NCBI GenBank assembly: GCA_032718475.1
Contig: JAUCBJ010005720.1
Location: 24,107 to 88,106 of the forward strand
DNA: 64,000 nucleotides
Direction: 5' to 3'
DNA from: Nemertoderma westbladi
Lineage: Eukaryota; Animalia; Xenacoelomorpha
The notes beneath the pieces are model-generated. The model was not told where the DNA came from, made no database searches, and was given only the letters and a program-made list of their open reading frames with translations. Numbering within the stretch: the stretch's first letter is position 1; each line of letters opens with the position of its first letter. Both the position numbers and the translations under genes were made by a program. Below, piece by piece: positions 50,559 through 63,535 of the stretch.

Positions 50559-50641
50559 GTAACTAAAACCGAGCTGCTGCCCTAGTTAAACTGTAACAAC
50601 TGCTGCCCTAGCTAGCTGAACTCCACCGATCACCAACCGAG

Positions 50642-53234
50642 ATGAGTCAGTCGGGAGAGATAACACCGACGCGGACCCCGGACGAAGAACAAACGATCCG
50701 CGAGGCCGCGACCAGGCGGTATAGGCCCACGACGCCGGAGCCATCGGTAACGGGCGATCCGGCAGTTCAAGATGAGGGGGACCGTCTGGAGTCAGAAGTC
50801 GAGTCGAGAGGAGGGGGATCGAGTCGGAGGATAGAGAGAACGAGCTCGAGGGAGAAGGAGACGAGTCGACACGGGACGGGGGTCGACGCACCGGTGTCGC
50901 CGGCCAGCCACAGGCCGAGGGCGACGAGCGGCCCACCGAAACGGCGACGGTGGGGCCGACGGTGCGGCGCCGGACGCGGAGAGACGAAGGAGATATCGGT
51001 ACCGATGTCGCCGGCCAGCCACAGGCCGAGGGCGACGGACGGCCCGCCGGAACGGCGACGGTGGGGCCGCCGGTACGACGTCGAACCCGGAGAGACGGAC
51101 GAGAGGTCGGCGACGAGGACGTCGGGGTTTCTGAGCGACTTCGACGGGCCTACAACGCGACCCGGAGACTACTAGACGAGGCCAGAAAGGGGAAGACGAT
51201 AGACGAGGTAAAACTAAAGTCAGGACTAGGTAAGTCGGACAGACATTTATATTATCTGATGCGCTTCGGGCAGAGAGAACTAGCCGAGGAGAGAGCGAAA
51301 GGGGTTGCCAGTGAACTGTTCGAACTATGGGAATGTGGGAGTATGGAACCTAGCGTAGCGTCAGTGTACATAGGGCCATACTTGGTCGATGCCCGGGGAG
51401 TAAAATTAGTGGGTTGGAGGGGACCTGAAGGGGGCGAATCCGAGGTTAACCCCGAGGATTCGGCCTCGTCGGTCGGAGGAAGTTCCGGGAAGCGGGGGAA
51501 AGTTAGTAGGATCGGGGAGGCGAAGGGAGTCCGTCGTGACCGATAAGTCTGCTACATCCTCCGCGAAAGAAAGACTGGTGAGAGAGGCAGGTGCCGCGTA
51601 CCGTCTCGAGCTGATAGAGCAAGGTCAGAGGGAAATGGATAAACGGCTAGAGGAGGGGAGAATGCGGCTAGAGAGGGAAGCGGCATTGATTAGAGAAACC
51701 GGAGAGAAGGCCGAAAGGGCTTTGAGAAGCCTTAGGGAGTATGATGAAATAGAGTTGAAGGAACAAGAGGAGCGTGTGGCGAGAGAGAAAAGTGAACGCG
51801 AGAAACGTGAGGTGAGAGAGAAAAGTGAACGCAAGGAGCGTGAGGCGAAGTGGGAAAGTGAACGAAAGGAACGTGAGGCGGAACGCGAGAAACGTGAGGC
51901 GAGGGAGGAAAGTGAACGAAAGGAACGTGAGGCGGAACGCGAGAAACGTGAGGCGAGGGAGGAAAGTGAACGCAGAGAGCGTGAAGCGAGACGAAGGGAG
52001 AGCGCTAGGAGAGTAGCAGAGTTGGCTGGCCAGGACGCGCGGGAGTGTGAGAGGAGAATGGCAGAAGCTGAGCGAGAGCAAAAGGAATTAGAGAGACGCC
52101 AAAGTGAGCTTTCGGAACATAGGATTAGACGCGCGCACGAGTTGCAAATGGTGCGGGCGGGGGCGTCTGAGAGCGAGACTGGCTCGAGTATTTTAGAGGA
52201 GCCAGGGGCCGTGGATACATTTATTAATACCCCACTTACAGGGACCGCACGACAGACCCAAAACTGGTGTGACCGTACGGGCGGGGGGGGGGGGGGGGGG
52301 GGGTAATAATGATAATGGTACAGTAGACGTGGTTAATATTAATAGTACCGTATGGGATAATTCTAATCAAACCTTTATTGCAGGAAATACTTTACCTAGT
52401 GGTAGTAATTTAAATTTAAATCAGAACATTCCTAATATTAATGTAGAAAATAATTCTAATATTAATGTAGCTACGCAAAATAATCCAAATAATCAAAGTA
52501 ATAACCCAAATTCGAACTTGCAAAATAATTTAAGTAATGCAATTACACAAAATAATCCAAATAACTTAAATAATTCAGCGAGCCCGAATTTACAAAATAA
52601 TTCAGATAGTGTAGTCGCGCAAGATAATTCAAATGATTTTATTTCGAACGAACAAATTAATTCCGTTTCCAATACGGGTGCTATTAATGTAAACACGTCG
52701 GGCGTGTATGGCCAGACAGATGGGGCCCTGGTAGGCCACGTAGTTAGTAGGCCGGAAGTAGCTGGGTTAGGTAGACCCGGCGAGGGCCTGGTAGGCCACG
52801 TAGTTGGTAGGCAGGGAGTGGCTGGGTTAGGTAGACCCGGCGAGGGCCTGGTAGGCCACGTAGTTGGTAGGCAGGGAGTGGCTGGGTTGGATGGACCCAG
52901 CGAGGGCCTGGTAGGCCACGTAGTTGGTAGGCAGGGAGTGGCTGGGTTGAATAGACCCAGCGAGGGCCTGGTAGGCCACATAGTCGGTAGGCAGGGAGTG
53001 GCTGGGTTGAATAGACCCAGCGAGGGCCTGGTAGGCCACATAGTCGGTAGGCAGGGAGCAGAGGGCCTGGTAGGCCACGCAATAGCAGAGAGAGAGGCGG
53101 GGGTGAATAAACCCGACCGCGGTAGGGTTGATGTGTCGACTAGAGAGGGATATAGTAGCGGGATGAGAGATAGCGAAGTTAGATGTGGCGAGTGGGGGGG
53201 GGGGGGCTACGAGAGCCCCACAACAGCGAGTTAG
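50642..53234 (+). pseudogene. BEL2 gag N-terminal low-complexity region (E/R/K helix, Asn-rich block, 60-bp x6 repeat), in several frames
   Basis: Overlapping ORFs at 50642, 50950, 51536 and 52269 directly after the leader. Some breaks fall at poly-G runs and may be sequencing errors. Confidence 0.65.
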
Positions 53235-53363
53235 CGGCGAAAGGGGGGGGGGGGGGCAGAGAGTGTCCCACAGCCGTCAGCGGATAATGCGAGGGCCGAA
53301 ATAGGTAAACCGCAACAACCGGCGACGGAAAGTAATAGGGGGATTGCGAGTATCCCCAGCGGC

Positions 53364-56300
53364 GTGCGACCGAGCAGAGAGAGACAGGTTGACGTCGTAA
53401 GAGGGCGGACGAAGCGTCGAGCCCGATCAGAAGAGGGAAGAAGAACAGTGGGATTTAACCGGGAGGTCGACGAGAGATCTCACGAACGGGAATATTCCAC
53501 TGAAAGGAGAAGAAGAGAAGACAGTAGTAGAAGTATCGCCGCGAACGATAGAAGAGCGAGGACGGATAGCGAGCCGTCGGTAGTCGAGATGAGAACGGGG
53601 AGTCAGTGGGGTCGGACTCCGGGAGATTGCCGTCGCCCCGGAGAGATGCGACCCGGTGAGGTGCATTGCGCGCCGATGGAGGGGTGCGCGATGTACCGGT
53701 ACGAAGACGAGAGCAGTAGAGGAGGGGGTCGAAGAGAAACTTTCCGACGGAATATACCTACCGATCGAGAGTACGGTAGCCACGGGGAGGACTATTCGAG
53801 AAGAATAAACTTCGATCCCGAGCGACACATGCAGACTGCAGGACATACTGTAGGCCTTACTGCACATACCATAGGCCATACTGAGAGAGGCAATGTAGGG
53901 GATAGGATGGCGCGGACAACGGGATTAAACCCGGAAGTCGCGGAATACATACCGGCGAGTAGGCCAGAAGCTGATAGGCCTATACCGGTACCAGTACAGC
54001 AGTATGACTACAGCATGCAGGGACATAACATATACCCAGGGGAGGGGGGAATTATTGCGGATAGGTGTATGGGCCCCAACATATTAACATCAACCCCAGT
54101 ACCAAACATACCGGTGGGGGGGGGGGGGGGACAGGGTGACATTCCCCCATCACAATATCAACAATATATCCCGATAGGAGCAAGAACAACGAGACCCTTA
54201 GATGAAAACAGGTCGTGTGACACAGAAATATGGAGGGGGCCGCTACCCCCGATGACATACCCAAGTCAGAGAAGATCAAGAAATAGGATGGACGAACCGC
54301 ACCAGACAGGAGAAACTATACAGCACCCGTCGAATCCATTGGAAGCGCAGGCGATGGGGATGGCCACATTGATCGATGCGTTGAAAACGAGGATCGAGCT
54401 ACCACCCGTGGAACCATTCAAATTCGATGGGAGTAGGCCGGAAGAATATCTACAGTTTCGGCGCATGTATAGTAACGAAATACTAACAAAAAACTTGACG
54501 CAGGCGGAGTGCCTAAAGTATCTGCAAGTATATACGGGAGGCCCAGCATACGATATCGTGAGGCAATATCAGAAGGGGAAGGAAGATAGATACAGCAGTA
54601 GGGCCGTCGATATGATTCGACGCGGCTTCTACGTAGACGACGGAATGGAGTCTGGAAATACGGTTAAGGAAATACTGGACACGGGGCGCGAGGTTCGCGA
54701 CATCCTAAAAGGATCCGGTTTTAACCTGACCAAATTCCAATCCAGTTCGGAAGAATTTATCAAGGCGATAGAGGACAAGAAGCCAGAATCGACCATGGAT
54801 AATCCCACAACGGCCAAAGGGCAGGACATGGCGATTAAAAGAACAGAATCTCAACAGAAGGCGTTGGGAATCGTGTGGGATAGAGAGACAGACGAACTTA
54901 AATATCAGCTAAGCCAGGAGGGCGCAGACATCCACACGAAGAGGGGCTATGTATCGTATATAGCAAGGATATACGATCCCCTAGGCCTAGCATCCCCATT
55001 ATTAGTCACGGGGAAACAGATACTCAAAAGAGTATACAAATTGAAGGATGAGTGGGACGTAGAGGTACCAGAGGAAATCAAGAAGCAGTGGAGCAAGTGG
55101 ACAAGAGACTTGGAGAAGATGGGAACATACAACATGCCCCGAGTGTATTTCCCGGATGGGAACATGATGAGTCTGGACCTACACATGTTCTCCGATGCGT
55201 CGTTGGAGGCGTACGGAGCGGCACTCTATTTAGTACAACGAGAGGGGGCTCATAAGCCCAGACTAGCCTTTAGCAAAGCAAAGTCAACGCCGCCAGATTC
55301 AGCATCAGTTCCCAAGTTAGAATTGACAGCTGCGAGACTAGGAGTTAGAGCCACAGCCTACCTAGTGGATACTATTCCCAACATAGTGGAGACACACTAC
55401 TGGACGGACTCCATGGTAGTGCTTGGTTGGCTACATAATGAAAGGACGAGATACCCGATATTCGTCGCAAATAGAGTGGACGAAATAAGGGCGACCACAG
55501 AACTGGAAAGGTGGCACTACTGCCCAACAGACGAGAACCCAGCGGACTTGCTGTCGAGGGGCGTGGTACGCCACACTTTCTTGAAGAAGGAAGTATTGTG
55601 GCAACATGGGCCACAATTTCTGAGCGATAAGGAGGCCTGGCCGCCGATGAGAAAGGTGGACCCGGGCTCAGAAGTAGTATCAGAAGGAGAAGAGGGAGAT
55701 TCAGAGGGAGAAGAGATATACTCCCAGATGGTGAGGGAGATTAGGGACGTGCAACCAGGACGGGAACTGTGCGATAACCCGACGGATAAACTCCTCAGCT
55801 ACAGTTCTAGTTGGTATAAGACCAAGAAACTAGTGGCGTACTGGAGAGCCTTCGGGAATTTCCTTGCGGGAGTTGGCAAGGACAAGAAGATCAGGACAAC
55901 CATAGATCTGGAAGGAGCGGCCAAGGCAGTGATCCGCTATGAACAACGGAAGAACTATGGCGACGAGGTGGAACGCGTCGGTAACCAACAGCACCTCCGA
56001 CGGGACAGCGAGCTGATTACGCTGTCGCCACAACTCAATGACGACGGGATTCTAGTAATGAATTCTAGGGTGGGATACAACAACAGCATAGTCGTACCAC
56101 CGAAACCCATCATCATTCCCACGGGATCGCCAATAGTCCACCAGATTATCTGGGACTCCCATAAGTCGATATTGCACGGGGGCACCAACCGAACCCTCAC
56201 AGAGATAAGGAGGACCTATTGGGTCAAACAATTAAGGAAGAAGGTTAAAGCGGTAGTGGGGCAGTGCCAGACCTGCCGACGAGCGAAGAAGGAGCGAGCC

Positions 56301-57273
56301 GTACAGGAGATGGCGCCACTACCGGCGAGTAGGGTAAGACAGCACGACCCGCCATTTACGCATTGCGGTGTGGACATGTTCGGGCCGATAAAGATCAAAG
56401 TGATGCGACACACGGAGAAACGCTACGGCATCATCTTCGTATGCAACAACACACGGGCGGTAGGGATAGAACTCGCCCAAGATGCAACTGCATCAGCATT
56501 CATTAATGCCTTAGAAAGGTTTAGGGACCGGCCGCAAAGGTGGGACGATCGCAGTGATATACAGCGACAACGGCACCAACTTTGTGGGCGCAGAGAGTGA
56601 GATGGCAGAGGCCTTGGACATCTTGGAGGGAGAAGAAGTCAGGGCAGCCATGAGGCGACGACAAGTAAAGTGGGAGAGAAGGACGCCGTATGCACCACAT
56701 ACACTAGGGTGCGTCGAGAGACTGGTGGGCAGTTCAAAGCGTCTAATGACGAAGCTAATGAACACCCACATGGTCACTGAGGACGTCTTACGGACAGTAC
56801 TTGCGAAGTGCGAGGGGATCATTAATAGCAGACCGCTATATCCGGAGAATGATGACCCTGAGTCGTTAGACGTGCTGACGCCTAGCCATTTCCTGATGGA
56901 AAGGCCAGCGACCATCGATATGCGGGGTGTAGACCCAGATGACATACACTCTTGCCAAAGTTGGAAAGTCGCTAAAGCAATAAGCGCAGAGTATTGGAGG
57001 AGGTGGGTAGAAGAATACCTACCCACGCTCCATAAGCGAAGCAAGTGGAGGAAGCCGAACAGGGAGTTAAGAGTAGGAGATCTCGTAATCGTTACGGATG
57101 ATACTATCATCAATAACCAGTGGCGGTTGGCGAGAGTTGTAGGCACCTACTCCGATGAGGACGGAAGAGTCCGATCGGTAGAAGTGCGGATAGGTGGTAA
57201 GATAGGTGCGAAGGACAGGAAAACCTACAGGAGAGCAGTAGGCAAATGCTGTCTGCTAGAAGGAGCACCTTAA
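53364..57273 (+). pseudogene. BEL2 gag fused in frame to RT C-half, RNase H and integrase (frameshift near 56550)
   Basis: FKFDGSRPEEY..CLKYLQVYTGGPA is joined directly to FYVDDG. Then IYDPLGL, HMFSDAS, PKLELTAA, WTDSMVVLGWL, ENPADLLSRG, H..H..CQTC, CGVDMFGP, YSDNGTNF, WRRWVEEYL. Confidence 0.9.
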
Positions 57274-57394
57274 CTTGGAGTTAGAGTAGAGTTTAGTCGT
57301 CCAAGATTTGGACTGAGGGGGGTGGGATTGAGGGCGAAACGCCCTTCCCACACAAATAAAATAAAAATAAAATAAAAATAATAAGTACACAGTA

Positions 57395-58065
57395 GGTACG
57401 CAGTTAGTAGGCAGAAGTTAGTTAAGAGGTACGTAGTACCTAGTTAGTTAGTTAGTTAGGAGGTACGTAGTACCGATAGTTAGTTAGAGAGTTAGAGGGT
57501 ACGTAGTACCGATAGTTAGTTAGAGAGTTAGGGGGTACGTAGTACCGTTAGTTAGAGAAGAGTTAGAGGGTACGTAGTATCGTTAGTTAGAGAAGAGTTA
57601 GAGGGTACGTAATACCATTAGTTAGAGGAGAGTTAGAGGGTACGTAAGTACCGTTAGTTAGTTAGAGAGTTAGAGGGTACGTAAGTACCGTTAGTTAGTT
57701 AGAGAGTTAGAGGGTACGTAGTACCGTTAGAGAAGAGTTAGAGTTAGGGTATGTAGTACCGTTAGTTAGAGAAGAGTTAGAGGGTACGTAGTACCGTTAG
57801 TTAGAGGAGAGTTAGAGGGTACGTAAGTACCGTTAGTTAGTTAGAGAGTTAGAGGGTACGTAAGTACCATTAGTTAGTTAGAGAGTTAGAGGGTACGTAG
57901 TACCGTTAGAGAAGAGTTAGAGTTTGGGTACGTAGTACCATTAGTTAGAGAAGAGTTAGAGGGTACGTAGTACCGTTAGTTAGAGGAGAGTTAGAGGGTA
58001 CGTAGTACCGTTAGTTAGAGAAGAGTTAGAGTTAGAGGGTACGTAGTACCGTTAGTTAGAGAGAG
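57395..58065. repeat. About 30-35-bp degenerate tandem repeat (GTTAGAGGGTACGTAGTACCGTTAGTTAGAGAAGA) in the BEL2 3' non-coding region
   Basis: About 20 copies, each with a GGTAC-GTA-GTACC hairpin core. Confidence 0.85.
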
Positions 58066-59638
58066 AGAGTAAGAGGTAGAAGGGTATATAAGATATAGAT
58101 ATTAGTTAGCAGTTAGTAGCGTTAGTAGCGAGAGGGGGGCATATGAGTACAGCTGGGTAAATCGTGTGGCCACACGACGCACACTGCTGTACTGCATAGG
58201 CCCACAGAGTAGGCCAGAATGTGGATTAGGGAATAGAATAATCAATAGGAAGCAGTAAGGTAGTAGGATTGAAATTAAATCAAAAATAAAATTAGAATAA
58301 GAATAGGGCTAAGAAGGGGAACAAATTATGGTAACAGTAGTAAGAATAGGCAATAACTCAGAAATTCAGAAAGAGATAGGCCATCGAACTGAACTTAAAC
58401 CACCTAAACCCATCACTCATCACGTTTGCGCCTTGGCAAGGCACCACCTACGGGTGAGCGATCGGGCAGAGTTCGAGATGGCAGGTAAACTTGTGAGAGA
58501 GGAGAGAAGCAGAGGAGAGGGAGGAGGAAGCTAGGGCGCAGAGCTATGGCTTCGAGGAATAAGCAGCCTTAGACGAACTTCGTTGGGCTTCGTCAGGGAG
58601 TTCGAGGGAGTCTCTAGGGAAAGAACTGGGGTGGACGGTGGGATCACCGAAACAGTCGACGTCGGGATTGCAAGCAATGAAGATGATCTTATGGGACGCC
58701 ACCAGAGGGAGACAACCGGGCCACTCTGAGGGGCCACCTGCGAAACGGTATCGGGCACTAATAACACCAGCGCCCAAGGAGCCAACAACCGGAATCAGCA
58801 GGGAGGTGGCGGCGAGAGTCCGAAAGCAGAAAGCGGATCCCAGAGGAGCGGTGGTGACCAAGAAACGACCCAGGGAAGAGGACGCCAGGGGGAACTATCC
58901 TCAGAGGAACAGATAGGTTCCCAGGGCCGGGGGAGAGAAACTGGGACTTGGACGTGTTACGCCTGGAAGGCACCGCGTGGGACGTACGAACTATTAAGTA
59001 CAAATCTAATTAATGCAAATAATCATATAAGTGCAATTTGTATGTACGTACGTAGTGATTAGTAATCTAGAATATATACGCTCGAAGTAAGTACTATAGT
59101 CATTCAACCTTTCTCAATTAGCTACTGGGACTGGGGGGTAAACTGACTATGGCACTATGGACGAGACACCAGACAATTTCACACTTCTTGAGTGCGACGG
59201 CACGAGAGGGGGGGGGGGGGGGGAGATTTGTCAGAAGGGATGAGGTAGTCAGAGTGGGGTTAAGGGACGGAGTAATGGAGCGAAATGCAGAGAGAGTGCG
59301 GATGCAATTCTAGTGTGTGGGGGGGGGGGGAGAATAAGAGGCTGAGTGAGGGACGAGGAGGTCCGAGTGTATGAGAGAGTTAGGATGAGAGTGAAGAAGA
59401 GATAGGGCGGAAGTGTTGGGGAAACAAAAGTTGCGTGAGAGGTGAGCGCGATCGGCCCGACATGAGACGCCAGGCACACAGGGTAGCGTTATCATACCCA
59501 TAGGGAGCGGCCTGGAAAGCCGGCTCCGAGAGAAAAGAATTCCACCCCACACCCGATACTAGATCGGGATCCAGCGGGATTGCAGCGCACTTTTTGGTTG
59601 ATGCTATCTTCCTACCGGGAAGATAGCATGGGGGGGAG

Positions 59639-60181
59639 TGTTAGCTTATTCAATCCCGCTAACACCCCATAAAGTTTAGCCAATAAGCAATATTGGGAGC
59701 CACGAGATTGGGTAATTAACCAACTCGTGCCATCCCAATAAGAATGGGAAGGAGAAGCACACAATGAGGGTCAGGGGCCAAACCCCTAACCCAGAGAGAA
59801 CAGGTGGAGTGAACGGGAACACTCCAAAGGGCGCCAACAAGGGTATCAACCAATCAGAGGGGGGAAAGGCATCGATTAGGTAGAGTAACAAGGCCGACCG
59901 TGCAATATAGCCACTTGGCAGTAATCATATCAATTCAGTTATCTCAGTGCAATACTGGTGCTAGTTTAGGTTACATAGTTTAGCTAGGGAAGGACCGGGA
60001 CTTTAGTTACCGTACCCCGCCTTCCATATACAACAATATTATCTCACATCTATATCTATATCTATATCTGTATACCCGAATATTATACGACGGACAGTAC
60101 AAACTCATTCACTCTTTATACACGGCGGGGACGCGTAAACTAAAAACGGATAAACCGGGATCCCTCTTGGATCCCGTCACA
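59639..60181 (+). repeat. 3' LTR of BEL element 2 (543 bp)
   Basis: Copy of 50012-50558 with about 7 substitutions and two 2-bp indels. Confidence 0.95.
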
Positions 60182-62320
60182 GTAAGTTAGTTCCAAACCG
60201 ACCCTGCTGAGGAGTACTGGAGCTAAGTTGGTTAACCAACCGACCCTGCTGAGGAGTACTGGAGGTAAGTTAGTTCCAAACCGACCCTGCTAAGGAGTAC
60301 TGGAGGTAAGTTAGTTCCAAACCGACCCTGCTGAGGAGTACTGGAGGTAAGTTAGTTCCAAACCGACCCTGCTAAGGAGTACTGGAGGTAAGTTGGTTAA
60401 CCAACCGACCTTGCTGAGGAGTACTGGAGCTAAGTTGGTTCACCAACCGACCCTGCTGAGGAGTACTGGAGGTAAGTTAGTTCCAAACCGACCCTGCTGA
60501 GGAGTACTGGAGCTAAGTTGGTTAACCAACCGACCCTGCTGAGGAGTACTGGAGCTAAGTTGGTTAACCAACAGACCCTGTTGAGGAGTACTGGAGGTAA
60601 GTTAGTTCCAAACCGACCCTGCTCAGGAGTACTGGAGGTAAGTTGTTTGACATTGAGAAAAAGAATATTGAGAAAAAAACATTGAGAACAAAACATTGAG
60701 AAAAAGAATATTGAGAAAAAAACATTGAGAAAAAAACATTGAGAAAAAAGACATTGAGATAAAAATTAGTTGCAATTTTTTTCTCAATGCCGTTCAGGAG
60801 AAATAAAACAGATACATTGAGAAAAAAAACATTGAATATTAATACAAAATGTATGCCATAATAACTATCACCGTTCGCTAACATAAAATTACTAAACCGA
60901 CCCTGCTGAGGAGTACTGGAGCTAAGTTGGTTAACCAACCGATCCTGCTGAGGAGTACTGGAGCTAAGTTGGTTAACCAACCGACCTTGCTGAGGAGTAC
61001 TGGAGGTAAGTTAGTTCCAAACCGACCCTGCTGAGGAGTACTTGAGCTAAGTTGGTTAACCAACCGACCTTGCTGAGGAGTACTGGAGCTAAGTTGGTTA
61101 ACCAGCCGACCCTGCTGAGGAGTACTGGAGCTAAGTTGGTTAACCAACCGACTTGCTGAGGAGTACTGGAGCTAAGTTGGTTAACCAACCGACCCTGCTG
61201 AGGAGTACTGGAGCTAAGTTGGTTAACCAACCGACCTTGCTGAGGAGTACTGGAGGTAAGTTAGTTCCAAACCGACCCTGTTGAGGAGTACTGGAGCTAA
61301 GTTGGTTAACCAACCGACCTTGCTGAGGAGTACTGGAGGTAAGTTGGTTAACCAACCGACCCTGCTGAGGAGTACTGGAGGTAAGTTGGTTAACCAACCG
61401 ACCCTGCTGAGGAGTACTGGAGCTAAGTTGGTTAACCAACCGACCTTGCTGGGGAGTACTGGAGGTAAGTTAGTTCCAAACCGACCCTGCTGAGGAGTAC
61501 TGGAGCTAAGTTGGTTAACCCACCGACCTTGCTGAGGAGTACTGGAGGTAAGTTGGTTAACCAACCGACCCTGCTGAGGAGTACTGGAGCTAAGTTGGTT
61601 AACCAGCCGACCCTGCTGAGGAGTACTGGAGGTAAGTTGGTTAACCAACCGACCCTGCTCAGGAGTACTGGAGGTAAGTTGGTTAACCAACCGACCCTGC
61701 TCAGGAGTACTGGAGGTAAGTTGGTTAACCAACCGACCTTGCTGGGGAGTACTGGAGGTAAGTTGGTTAACCAGCCGACCCTGCTAAGGAGTACTGGAGC
61801 TAAGTTGGTTAACCAACCGACTTGCTGAGGAGTACTGGAGGTAAGTTACTTCCAAACCGACCCTGCTGAGGAGTACTGGAGCGAAGTTGGTTAACCAACC
61901 GACCCTGCTGAGGAGTGCTGGAGGTAAGTTAGTTCCAAACCGACCCTGCTCAGGAGTACTGGAGGTAAGTTGTTTGACATTGAGAAAAAGAATATTGAGA
62001 AAAAACATTGAGAAAAAAAACATTGAGAAAAAAGACATTGAGATAAAAATTAGTTGCAATTTTTTTCTCAATGCCTTTCAAGAGAAATAAAACAAATACA
62101 TTGAGAAAAAAAACATTGAGATAAAAATTAGTTGCAATTTTTTTCTCAATGCCTTTCAGGAGAAATAAAACAAATACATTGAGAAAAAAAACATTGAATA
62201 TTAATACTAAATGTATGCCATAATAACTATCACCGTTCGCTAACATAAAATTGCTAAACCAATAATAACTTCTTAACTTTAACATAAGAGTTTAAACGGA
62301 GCAAAGGATAATAATAATAA

Positions 62321-63533
62321 CAAGCTGGCAAGCCTGGAGGGTTCACGGTCCTCCTACTTAATCAGTACAATAATAATAACCGATACATCATTGTCGAAAC
62401 GTACCCAGTATTCGGGTACCGGCTGGCGGCTGACCGGTACGTTTTCGTTCGGGTAGGCCTATGTTTCCTTTTCACTTGTTCCCATCGTAGGCGACCTCAT
62501 GCTCATCCCACCACGACCACGACCACCAGTTACGAGTTGGGTAGGCGTCTACCGGCAACCGGTAAGTAATTACGCGCCACACGACGTCATCCCGCCATCC
62601 GCCAACATTTATACCGGTACGGTAAGCCTACCACCTACCGGTTGGCTACCATCGCACCGTAGGTCTACCGCCTACGGTAGGGTACGTACCGTACAGCGGT
62701 ACTCAAAGTCGTACCGGTATTGTCGTAATTGACAAATGCAGGATTAAACTGTAACCCGTTCCGGTACCGGTACCATATGCATCTGAACGACTGGACGGTT
62801 AATCTCATAGCATAGCTGCATAGGCCTACCTGTAGTTAGTGCAAAGTCGCCTGCGAACATGGCGAAATATTATATATAAGCCAGGCATAGCCTACCCTGC
62901 TACCTGATGGATAATAATAAACTGAAATGCTATGCCAGTCTGCCAGTCCAATGCAGTCAGAAGTACCAGTACTTGGTACTGCCAGTTTGCTGCTATGCCA
63001 GTATGCTAGCAGGTAGTGCATAGTGCTAAGATTGTCTACCGGTACAGATGAACTACAGGCAGACAATCAGACAATACTAGCAGTCTAGGGCCTACAGGAC
63101 TGCAGTACCGGTACTGCAGTATTGGTAATTGCTAATGCTAATTAATTACCTTAATTAAATCTTCAATTAGGTCATAATGTAGGTCCAAATTTAAAAATCG
63201 GCCTCCGTTAATCGATTTAGAAATAATTCAGGTACCTCCATGCCAAATATCAGAATCATTCATTGCATTCCCTATGACAAGATAGCTTTTTCCTAAACCA
63301 TGCGAAAACACGCAAATATAGCGCTCACATCGCACAAATACCATCTCGACACCCAATTTTTTGTATGAGCCTTCGCCATCCCTATATCTAACTTTTGTCC
63401 AAATTTTATTTCGATTGATTAATAAATAACTGAGATATCGCTCTGGACACACACACACACACACACACACACTAACACACACACACACACACATTACGGT
63501 AATAATGGTCACTTATGTCAAAGACCGTGAACC
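62321..63533 (-). mobile_element. DINE-1/HINE-like non-autonomous Helentron-type element
   Basis: 11-bp subterminal inverted repeats GGTTCACGGTC (62340-62350) / GACCGTGAACC (63523-63533), an adjacent short hairpin, a (CA)n tract at 63447-63492, an AACAAG end and AT-rich flanks. Confidence 0.55.
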
Positions 63534-63535
63534 AA

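Larger units (their letters stand above)
50012..60181 (+). mobile_element. BEL/Pao LTR retrotransposon 2 (both LTRs, internally deleted)
   Basis: TG..CA LTRs at 50012-50558 and 59639-60181, TSD GTAAG (50007-50011, 60182-60186), G-rich PPT at 59630-59638, and BEL-type RNase H and integrase. Confidence 0.95.
44488..61971 (+). repeat. 41/42-bp minisatellite derived from the exon 4 end plus donor site (ACCGACCCTGCTGAGGAGTACTGGAG|(G/C)TAAGTT...), interrupted by insertions
   Basis: Array blocks at 44488-46685, 48542-50011, 60182-60645 and 60895-61971, roughly 125 units. The first unit is the coding sequence TDPAEEYW plus the real donor. Confidence 0.95.

Noticed and set aside
44514-61971. AG|GTAAGT units as canonical recursive-splicing (ratchet) sites
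   Set aside because: The AG is preceded by purine-rich exon sequence (GAG, no polypyrimidine tract), so it is a poor acceptor. Treated as decoy donors instead.
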